DNA of 64,000 nucleotides, taken from an uncultured Acidobacteriota bacterium. GTDB lineage: Bacteria > Acidobacteriota > Vicinamibacteria > Vicinamibacterales > UBA2999. How positions within the stretch are numbered: position 1 is the first letter of the stretch; every line of letters starts with the position of its first letter. This document shows, piece after piece, positions 11,135-19,280 of the stretch. A program made the position numbers and the translations under genes. The notes below the pieces were generated by a model. It searched no databases, was not told the origin of the DNA, and worked only from the letters and a program-made list of their open reading frames with translations. The stretch is from contig CAVWST010000026.1 in NCBI GenBank assembly GCA_963757735.1, positions 274,468 through 338,467 on the forward strand. The letters are read 5' to 3'.

Positions 11135-12526
11135 TTATAACGAAACTGCGCCCGACACGACCAGGCCCCGTCGCTCATCGGGCGCGAAATTGAGCCGGAG
11201 CCGGAATTCCCGTTTGAGCAGCAGCAGATTCATCGCCAGCTGGACGACCACGGCCGCCGCGGAGATGTACCAGATCCATCGCAGCGCGAACCCCGGCGTC
11301 TGCGCGAGCAGCAGCACCGGCACCGCGACGATGAGGATGCGCGCTGCAGAGGTGATGAGCGACGGAATCGTGTTGCCCATCGCCTGAAACATGCTGGAGC
11401 TGACGAAGATGACGCCCGACGCGACGAAGTTGAAGGCGACGATGTGCAGGTACTCTTCGCCGACGGCGACCGCTGCCGGCGTCCGCGGTGAACACGCGCA
11501 CCATCGCGTCACCCCAGAGCCATACGGCGACGGCGAGCACCAGCATCGACGCCGCCGCGATGCCCGCACCGGTCCTGAATGTCTCCTTCACGCGCGCCGA
11601 TTGCCGCGCGCCGAAGTTCTGACCGGCCACCGGGCTTACGGCGAAACCCGAGCGCCACGACGGGCAGGAAGCAGGCCTGCAGGATCCGCATGCCGATGCC
11701 GAACCCCGCCTGCGCCGCGGCCCCGAACGGCCGCGACACGGCGTAGACGAGCATCAGGTAGACGGCCATCAGCGCGAACTCGGCGCCCGCGGGCAGGCCG
11801 ATCTTCAGCATGTCGCGCCACAACGTCGAGACGCGGCGTCCAGTCGCGCGGCGTGAACTTCAGATACGAGTCGGCCGGCCAGAAGTACAGCGCCATCCAC
11901 ACGACGCCGATGGCGATGGCGACAAGCGTCGCGATCGCTGCGCCAGCGACGCCAAGCGGCCGGCCGAAGCCCCATCCGAACATCAGGACCGGCGCGAGCA
12001 CGATGTTGAGGATCACCGTCGCGGTCTGCACGATCATGCCGGGACGGAAGTTGCCGGTGCCGCGCAGCGCGGACGCCATCGCGATCAAACCGAACTGCAG
12101 CGCCATCGCCGGGATGAACCAGAGCGAGGTAGTCACGCGTCAGCGATCTGGTCGCTTCGTCCGCGCTGAACGCGCGGGCGTACGGGTTGCGAGGCGAGAG
12201 AGGCGACGACCAGGAAGAGCGATCCCGACGACCAGCGACAGCACCTGCGCCTGGTTGAATACCAGGGTCGCCTGCGCCTGATCGCGTCGGCCCGTCGCGT
12301 GCGCGACGAGCGTCGTCGTGCCAACGCCGAGCATTTGCGTGGCCGCGAGGACGATGAAGTCGAGGTTGCCGCTGATGCCGACTGCCGCCACTGCGGCGGT
12401 GCCCAGACGGCCGACCCAATAGAGATCGACAAGGACATAGAGCGTCTGAAAGATCATGCTGACCAGCATGTAGCTGGTCGTTTTCAGAAGATGCCCGGTC
12501 AACGATCCCGTGGTGAGATCCTGCAC
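11135..12526 (-). pseudogene. MATE family efflux transporter, 4-5 frame breaks
   Basis: Fragments in order are (V)QDLTTGSLTGHLLKTTSYMLVSMIFQTLYVLVDLYWVGRLG, IPAMALQFGLIAMASALRGTGNF, MWRDMLKIGLPAGAEFALM, MAGQNFGARQSARVKETF and FVSSSMFQAMGNTIPSLITS. A GTG start at 12526 is preceded by GAGG. Confidence 0.8.
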
Positions 12527-12753
12527 AGTCGCCTCGTGTTTGGCGCCTAGCTTACCTTGACCCCTTGGAAATCTGTGAGATAGACTCGGGCCCCGACTGT
12601 GCACAACGGGTCCCCGCCAGCTCCAATCCTCGCGAAACATTCCACGCTAAGAGGAAACTTCCGCGTTGAACGTGTGCAATTCGTCAAGGTAATGTGTGCC
12701 GACACTGCGGGGGCGGCACGGGCGGCCTGCGGCCGTCGCGTTGGAGGACGCAT

Positions 12754-13284
12754 ATGAAACGCGTGTATGGGCTCGTCGCAATCTCGATCTTCTTCATTTC
12801 ATGCACACAGGCGCAGCCGCCGGCTCCGGCGGCGCCGCGCTGCCAAGGTGTACGGCACGCTCGCGCAGATGATGCGAGGTATTCCGTTCCCGAATTCCAA
12901 CATCATCTTCGACACGCAGAGCACCGACCCCGCCGCGGCGCAGAAGCCCCTGGAAGGCCAGGCCGAAATGCGTCGCAGTTTTCAGGCGTATACGGTGGAT
13001 GGCAGGCGGTTGAGAACGCTTCGCTCGCGCTGCAGGAGACCGGCAACCTTCTTCTGATTCCCGGCCGCATGTGCGAGAACGGCCGTCCGGTGCCGGTCGA
13101 TCAGGAAGACTTCAAGAAGTGGGCGCAGGGCCTCGTCGATGCCGGCGCAGCCTCGTACAAGGCGGCACAGTCGAAGAACATGGACCAGATGGTCGAGGTC
13201 AGCGGAACCGTCGCCGATGCGTGCGCGGCCTGTCACGAGAAGTATCGCGACAAGGAAGACCTCACGATGCGCTGCATCCCGTAA
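12754..13284 (+). pseudogene. Cytochrome c'-like (class II, C-terminal CxxCH) lipoprotein, two frame breaks
   Basis: GGAGGA lies upstream of the ATG. The signal and lipobox-like sequence is VAISIFFISC. The C-terminal heme motif is VADACAACHEKYRDK. The middle section (AAKVYGTLAQMMRGIPFPNSNIIFDTQ) is in another frame. Confidence 0.7.
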
Positions 13285-13324
13285 GGGAGGACCCGCCGAC
13301 CTTCGAGGACTGAATGGAGATCTG

Positions 13325-13828
13325 ATGCAGCCGGTGCACGATCTGTTCTTCTGGGTGAGCGAACTCCCGACCAGCATCGCGATCCGGGAGTCTCTGCTCT
13401 TCTCTCCGTACTTGACGGTGGCCCACGTCGTCAGCATGTGTCTGTTCGCCGGGCTGATCGTGATGATGGATCTCCGGCTTCTGGGGATCGGGAACATGAG
13501 CACGCCGTTCTCGGAACTCCAGAAGCGGCTGTTCCCATGGCAGATGCTGGGCATGGCGCTGAGCGCGGTCACCGGGGTCACGCTCGCGTACTCCGACCCG
13601 ATGCGCTTCTACGTCAACATCTTCTTCTGGACGAAGATGCTGGTGATGGTGCTGGCAGGCATCAACGCGATGGCATTCCACTTCATCACGTACAACTCCG
13701 TGCTGACGTGGGACACGAGGGCTTCGACACCGTTTGGAGCCAAGCTGTCGGGTGCTCTTGGGATGCTGCTGTGGGCGATCGTCATCGTCTCCGGACGGCT
13801 GATTCCGTACAACTGGTTCCAGAACTAG
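13325..13828 (+). CDS. Integral membrane protein, paralog A (resembles what I recall as DUF6644; name unverified)
   Basis: 167 aa with 4-5 hydrophobic helices. It shares the motif H-x6-LFAG-x5-DLRLLG with the next gene. Confidence 0.75.
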   Translation: MQPVHDLFFWVSELPTSIAIRESLLFSPYLTVAHVVSMCLFAGLIVMMDLRLLGIGNMSTPFSELQKRLFPWQMLGMALSAVTGVTLAYSDPMRFYVNIFFWTKMLVMVLAGINAMAFHFITYNSVLTWDTRASTPFGAKLSGALGMLLWAIVIVSGRLIPYNWFQN

Positions 13829-13881
13829 TCGCCGTCCCGGACGCGGACGCGGCAAGTCGAGACTGAATAGGAGTCGAGCGA

Positions 13882-14349
13882 ATGTTGGAAGGCTTCTTCG
13901 AGCAGATGGGCCAGTGGCCCATCAGTCAGGCGATTGGCTCCTCGATCTGGGTCTATCCGACCATCCAGGCGGTCCATCTGGTGTTCCTCGCGCTGTTCGC
14001 GGGCGGGATGATGATCACCGACCTGCGGTTGCTCGGCTTCGGGATCCGATCGAAGCCGGTGGCCGAGGTTGCCCGGGACGCGCGACCCTGGGTGGTAATC
14101 GGATTCCTCGGTCTGGTGGCGACCGGGCTTCCTCAGTTGATGCAGAACGCCTCGCGTGAGTACTTCAGCGAGTTCTTCTGGTACAAGATGTATCTGATCG
14201 CGTTCGGTCTGATTTTCCTGCTGACCGTGCGCCGCAAAATGATTCAGGCCACCGAAACGAGCGCAGCCTCGAAGGTCGTGGCGCTCATCTCGATGGCCGT
14301 TTGGACCGGCGTCACGATCAACGCCCGGTTGATTGGGCTCTTTACTTAG
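13882..14349 (+). CDS. Integral membrane protein, paralog B of 13325-13828
   Basis: 155 aa. IQAVHLVFLALFAGGMMITDLRLLGFG aligns with AHVVSMCLFAGLIVMMDLRLLGIG of the upstream gene. Confidence 0.75.
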   Translation: MLEGFFEQMGQWPISQAIGSSIWVYPTIQAVHLVFLALFAGGMMITDLRLLGFGIRSKPVAEVARDARPWVVIGFLGLVATGLPQLMQNASREYFSEFFWYKMYLIAFGLIFLLTVRRKMIQATETSAASKVVALISMAVWTGVTINARLIGLFT

Positions 14350-14578
14350 CCCGAGTTTCCGGAACTTTCCCGAGGCCTGCCGCGACCAGGAAACCACCGA
14401 GGGAGACCGCAGAGATCACCACGAGGCCGATCACAACCCAGATCAGCCACCAACCGGCGAGCGTGCCTCGTTCCGTGGCGACGGCCATCGTGGGCACCAT
14501 GCGCGTTCCCAGTACGACGTTCACAATACCGAGGGCAATCACGACGAGTCCTGCCACGAGCCACACGTTTCGATTCAT
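14342..14578 (-). CDS. Small two-helix membrane protein (hypothetical)
   Basis: MNRNVWLVAGLVVIALGIVNVVLG...WWLIWVVIGLVVISAVSLGGFLVAAGLG. I chose the internal ATG at 14578 over the TTG at 14596. Confidence 0.4.
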   Translation of the reverse strand: MNRNVWLVAGLVVIALGIVNVVLGTRMVPTMAVATERGTLAGWWLIWVVIGLVVISAVSLGGFLVAAGLGKVPETRAK

Positions 14579-14610
14579 TCCTGCGAGTCTCCACAATCAA
14601 TCATTGAATG

Positions 14611-14724
14611 ATCTTTGATTGCTGATCTTTGATTCGTTGGCGATTGATGATCGTTGATCGAGGATTGCCAATCTCCAATCAAAAATCTTCAATCAACAAC
14701 GAATCGCCAATCGCCAATCAAAGA
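14611..14724. repeat. Long AT-rich imperfect hairpin built from GATTG/CAATC words, immediately 3' of the P2-P1 operon
   Basis: The left arm (14611-14667, atctttgattgctgatctttgattcgttggcgattgatgatcgttgatcgaggattg) pairs by eye with the right arm (14668-14724, ccaatctccaatcaaaaatcttcaatcaacaacgaatcgccaatcgccaatcaaaga). There is almost no loop. Confidence 0.7.
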
Positions 14725-14735
14725 GCATTAATGTT

Positions 14736-15881
14736 CTAGTTACCAGGTCCGGCGCCACGACCGGCTGCGGGGATGATTCCTCCCGGGCCAGCCTCACCGA
14801 TTGGTTGTCCACCGACGCCGAGGCCGTCCTGCACGGGACGACGAGGACGGATGACGCCGCGTTGGAGGTCGGCCTCGACCTTCTGATCTTCTGCGCGTTC
14901 CGCACCGAGCGACTGCCGGATCGCATAGTTGCCTTCGTGGCATTCGTAGGGCAACAGCGTTCCGCCATCGAGCGGCGTCAGCGGCAATGACAGCGTGAAC
15001 GGTCTCGCGTAGGTCACAGGGTCGTCCACGGTGATCTGGTACTGGAGGATCTGATCCGCCACGCGTTTGAACCGCTCGGTGATCTTCATCGTGTCGCTGT
15101 GGCGTAGGCCGTTGCCATTCGGACCGATGCTGGTCCTGTCGGTCAGGTTCGTCGTTTCGACGACGAGCTCCTCGCCCTCCCAGTGCGCGCGTGAATCGCC
15201 CAGGTACTGTTTGATGCTGGGCGACACGTGCGACCGGCCGTCCGTGTAGAAGAAACGCGTGTCGTGGATCATCTCGTAGCTGATCGCCACCATGCCGGGC
15301 GCCTGGACGATCCGGTTGCCGTTGCCGTAAATGACTCGCATGACCGATCCGACGATGCCGCGCGTGATGCAGCGGTCGTACAGCGTGAAGTCCTCTGTTG
15401 AATTGAACGGTCCGTCGCCAAAGGTGCCCTGATCGCGTGGGGCGCGGCGCTTTTGCGCTTCGGTGGTAAAGGCCGGCGTTCTGCCGTCAGGCGGATCGAC
15501 AATCAGTGACGTCTGGCGGAAGGCACGTCGGGCGAAGTCGCCGCGGAAGGAACCGACGGCGTTCTCGGCGTTGCTGATGCCGCTCTGAATCTGCTTCTGC
15601 CGCGCGGCGAATTCCTCGTCGTTCTGATAGAGGCGGTCGCCAAAATTCTGTGGCCGCGACATCGGCATCGTCGCGTCGTCGCTGCTCCAGACGCCCTGCA
15701 GATCCGGATCGCCCCATGGTGTCTTCGGGACTGTGTACGGGGTCGGCGTGCCTCCGTTGTACGCGGTGATGACCAGTGCCGGTGTACCGCTCTGACCGGA
15801 CACTGGCAGCGCCGCCGCCGCGACCAGAGCAATTGTGCTCGCCGCACAGAGGGACGCCAGAACTCGACTACGCATCAGCAA
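14736..15881 (-). CDS. Secreted protein, unassigned family, paralog P1
   Basis: Signal peptide, then TPWGDPDLQGVWSS, LYDRCITRG, VIYGNGNRIVQAPGMVAISYEMIHDTR, GDSRAHWEGEELVVETTN, ERFKR and YECHEGNY, with a Gly/Pro-rich tail. Confidence 0.85.
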   Translation of the reverse strand: MLMRSRVLASLCAASTIALVAAAALPVSGQSGTPALVITAYNGGTPTPYTVPKTPWGDPDLQGVWSSDDATMPMSRPQNFGDRLYQNDEEFAARQKQIQSGISNAENAVGSFRGDFARRAFRQTSLIVDPPDGRTPAFTTEAQKRRAPRDQGTFGDGPFNSTEDFTLYDRCITRGIVGSVMRVIYGNGNRIVQAPGMVAISYEMIHDTRFFYTDGRSHVSPSIKQYLGDSRAHWEGEELVVETTNLTDRTSIGPNGNGLRHSDTMKITERFKRVADQILQYQITVDDPVTYARPFTLSLPLTPLDGGTLLPYECHEGNYAIRQSLGAERAEDQKVEADLQRGVIRPRRPVQDGLGVGGQPIGEAGPGGIIPAAGRGAGPGN

Positions 15882-15902
15882 TCTCCTTCGCCTCCGTTGA
15901 TC

Positions 15903-17072
15903 TTACCGCTCCTGATCGCCCTCGACCGGTGCGCCGCCTGCGCGTCCACCTGCTGGGGCGGCTGGTGCTGCTGCGGCAGCGCCCCCTCGGCCCCCTCCAT
16001 TCGCTTGCGGGTTGCCGTCCTGAACGGGCCGGCGTGGGCGGACGACGCCGCGCTTGAGATCCTCTTCCAGCGCGCGATCCTCAGCTCGCTCGGCGCTCAG
16101 CGACTGCATCAGCGCGAGGTTGCCTTCATGGCAGTCGTAGGGCAATAGGATGTTGCCTTCGAGTGGCGTCAGCGGAAGAGACAGCGTGAACGGTCGAACG
16201 TAGGTAGTCGGATCGTCGATCGTCATCTGATACTGGATGACGTCGGCCGCCACGCGCTTGAATCGCTCGGTGATGGTCATCTTGTCGCTGTGGCGAAGAC
16301 CGTTGCCGTTCAGGCCGATGCTGGTCTTGTCCGTCAGATTCGTCGTCTCGACGACCAGTTCGTCGCCTTCCCACCGCGCGCGGGAATCGCCGAGCAGTTG
16401 CTTGATGCTCGGAGAGACGTGCGGCCGCCCATCCGTGTAGAGCACACGCGTGTCGTGGATCATCTCGTAGCTGATGGCCACCATGCCCGGCGCCTGCGTG
16501 ATCCGGTTGCCGTTGCCATAGACGACTCTCAGCACGGATCCGACGATGCCGCGCGTGATGCAGCGGTCGTACATCGTGAAATCTTCAGGTGTGTTGAACG
16601 GACCGTCGCCGAAGGTGCCGCGGTCGCGGGGCGCGCGGCGTTTCTCGGCGGCTGGCGTGAACGCGGGCGTGCGACCGTCTGGCGGATCGACGATGATCGA
16701 TGTCTGCCTGAACGAGCGCCTCGCGTAGTCACCGCGGAAGGTTCCGATCGCATTGAGTGCGTTCTGAATCCCTTGCTGCGTCTGCTTCTGCCGCGCGGCC
16801 CACTGCTCATCGCTCTGATAGAGCTCGTTGCCAAGATTCGCGGGTCTCTGCATCGGGATGCCGCTCGTGTCGTCACTCGACCAGACACCCTGGAGGTCGG
16901 GATCGCCCCAGGGCGTCCGCGGTGGTGAGTACGGTGTAGGCGGGCCGGCGTTGTACGCCGTAATAACCAATGGAGGCGCCGACGTAGACGCGCTCTGGGC
17001 GACGACTGGCAAAGACGCCATCAGCGCGACGATGGCGGCGGCCGCGGACGAGGCGAGCACTCGCGTGAACAT
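15903..17072 (-). CDS. Secreted protein, unassigned family, paralog P2 (tandem duplicate of P1)
   Basis: About three-quarters identical to P1 by eye, with the same motif set (YDCHEGN). A 21-nt spacer separates it from P1. The tail is Gly/Ala/Arg-rich. Confidence 0.85.
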   Translation of the reverse strand: MFTRVLASSAAAAIVALMASLPVVAQSASTSAPPLVITAYNAGPPTPYSPPRTPWGDPDLQGVWSSDDTSGIPMQRPANLGNELYQSDEQWAARQKQTQQGIQNALNAIGTFRGDYARRSFRQTSIIVDPPDGRTPAFTPAAEKRRAPRDRGTFGDGPFNTPEDFTMYDRCITRGIVGSVLRVVYGNGNRITQAPGMVAISYEMIHDTRVLYTDGRPHVSPSIKQLLGDSRARWEGDELVVETTNLTDKTSIGLNGNGLRHSDKMTITERFKRVAADVIQYQMTIDDPTTYVRPFTLSLPLTPLEGNILLPYDCHEGNLALMQSLSAERAEDRALEEDLKRGVVRPRRPVQDGNPQANGGGRGGAAAAAPAAPAGGRAGGAPVEGDQER

Positions 17073-17140
17073 GTCGTAACTCCTTGCGAAAGAGGCGCGT
17101 GGAGCGACTGGAAGTCGATGATTGCGTGCGTATTATACGG

Positions 17141-17156
17141 CTATCCGTTGGGATAG
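17141..17156. promoter_or_regulatory. Palindrome CTATCC-N4-GGATAG in the divergent P2 / PQQ-dehydrogenase intergenic region (candidate operator)
   Basis: ctatccgttgggatag sits in the 143-bp AT-richer divergent region. A related CTATCC-N7-GGATAG is at 39601-39619. Confidence 0.3.
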
Positions 17157-17215
17157 AATTTCGGCGCAGTTCAGACGAAAGACCGGCCTGATGCACATGA
17201 AAAGGACACTCTTCG

Positions 17216-19277
17216 ATGCGTAGATTCGGCGGATCCCTGTTGATTGCGCTCACACTTGGGATGGCGGCCCTGGTCGCCCAGTCGGCAGGCTCCCGAAGCA
17301 GTTCGGCGAAGCCTTACACGACCTGGACCGCATACCAGGGCGGCTCCCACTCGTCGCAGTATTCGGCTCTCGACCAGATCAACAAGTCGAACGTGTCGCG
17401 CCTCGATGTGGCCTGGACCTACCCGGTGAACGGCAACGTCACTTTCAACCCCATCGTGGTTGACGACGTGATGTACGTGCAGGGCACAGGGAACGCGATC
17501 GTCGCCCTCGATGCGGCCACTGGAAAAGAGATCTGGCACCACGCGAATCAAGGGGCGATTGGCGCGCAGGGGGCTCAACTACTGGGAGAGCCCGGACCGG
17601 TCCGATCGACGGCTCCTGTATCTCAACGCGGGAAACCTGACCGCGATCAACGCGAAGACCGGCGAGACGATCACGTCGTTCGGCAACAACGGCCGGGTCG
17701 ATCTGCGGGTGGCGTTGTGGCGGGAGGCCAGGAATCCGCTTCAGACGAGCAATCCGGGGCGTGTCTTCGAGAACCTGATCATCATCTCGCTGCCGGCGCA
17801 GGGCGCCGGGTACGAGTCAACGCCAGCCGACGTGCAGGCGTACGACGTGCGGACGGGCAAGATCGTGTGGGTCTTCCACAGCATTCCGCATCCCGGCGAG
17901 TTCGGGTACGACACGTGGCCGGAGGGCGCGTACAAGAAGGCCGGCGGCGTCCACAACTGGAGCGAGCTCACCGTCGATGCGCAGACCGGAATCGCGTTCA
18001 TTCCGTTCGGCACTGCACGCTTCGACTTCTACGGCGGCGATCGGGGCGGCGACAACCTGTTTGCGAACAGCCTCGTGGCGCTCGATGCGCGCACCGGCAA
18101 GCGCCTCTGGCATCACCAGCTCGTGCACCACGATCTATGGGACTACGATCTGCCTCAGGCGCCGAAGCTGCTGACGCTTCGTCAGAACGGACGAAACGTC
18201 GACGTGGTCGCGCAGGCCACCAAATTCGGCTTTATCTTCGTATTCGAGCGCAAGACAGGGAAGCCGATCTTCCCGATCGAGGAGCGTCCGGTTCCGCAGT
18301 CCGATGTGCCAGGCGAGCAGAGCTCGAAGACGCAGCCATTTCCCGTCAAGCCTGCGCCGTTTGCGCGGCAGTCGTTCACTGAGAAAGACATCAATCCGTA
18401 CCTGCCCGAAGCAGAGAAGGAACTGCTGCGCCAGCGCCTTCGCAGCGTGCGGAATGAGGGACTCTTCACGCCGCCCAGTCTCGAGGGATCGATTGAGCTT
18501 CCAGGACACAACGGCGGTGCGAACTGGGGCAGCTCCGCGGTGGACCCGGTCCGGGGCGAGTTCTTCGTCGTCGCCAAGAACATGCCGACGCTGATGCGCC
18601 TCATCCTGAGTAACGAGGAGCCGACCGCAGGTGGGGCGCTTGGCGGCGGCCCGGCGAGTCCCATCATCACTGCGGAACTGAAGGCCAAGCTCATGGCCGC
18701 GGCGCAGGATGCCGCGTCGAAGGGGCCTGTGCGCTACACGTCGCCGTACGATTTCTTGCTGAGCCCGACGAATGGCATGACTGCGATCAGTCCGCCATGG
18801 TCGGAGATCACCGTGTACGACCTGAACACTGGCGAGATCAAGTGGCGCGTGCCACACGGTGGTGTCACGGCACCATCGGAGTTGGGCATCAAGGCCGACT
18901 CTGGATCGCACATGCCGCGAGGTGGCCCACTCGTAACGGCCGGCGGTCTCGTGTTCGTGGCGACCGCATCCGATCGAACCGTGCGCGCGTACGACCGTGA
19001 TTCGGGCAAAGTGGTGTGGACCAAGGAACTGCCAACGGGATCGGAAGGTGTTCCTGCGACCTACGAAGTGGGTGGTCGTCAGTTCATCGTGTTCCCTGTT
19101 GCGGCGGGAGCTGGATTGTTCCCGGCTCGCTTCGGAGGTCCCGCGGCGGCTGCGAGTGGTGGTGCGGCCGCTGGTGGAGGACCTGAAGCACAGGCTGGCG
19201 GGCGCGGCCGCGGAGGTCGAGCAGGTGGACCGCCGCCGGCACCCGGGGCGTACATCGCATACGCGTTGCCGCGATGA
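17216..19277 (+). pseudogene. Periplasmic PQQ-dependent dehydrogenase (Gcd-like beta-propeller, no membrane anchor), one frame break
   Basis: Signal peptide, then YTTWTAYQGGSHSSQYSAL, LFANSLVALDARTGKRLWHHQLVHHDLWDYDLPQAP and KTQPFPVKP. The frame changes at the G5 run 17569-17573 (IGAQ|GLNYWESPD). Confidence 0.85.
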
Positions 19278-19280
19278 GAC

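Noticed and set aside
17073-17215. Hidden pqqA-like precursor peptide ORF next to the PQQ dehydrogenase genes.
   Set aside because: The small ORFs in the intergenic region (for example MIACVLYGYPLG and MHMKRTLFDA) lack the E-x3-Y PqqA motif. No pqqB-E genes are in the window.
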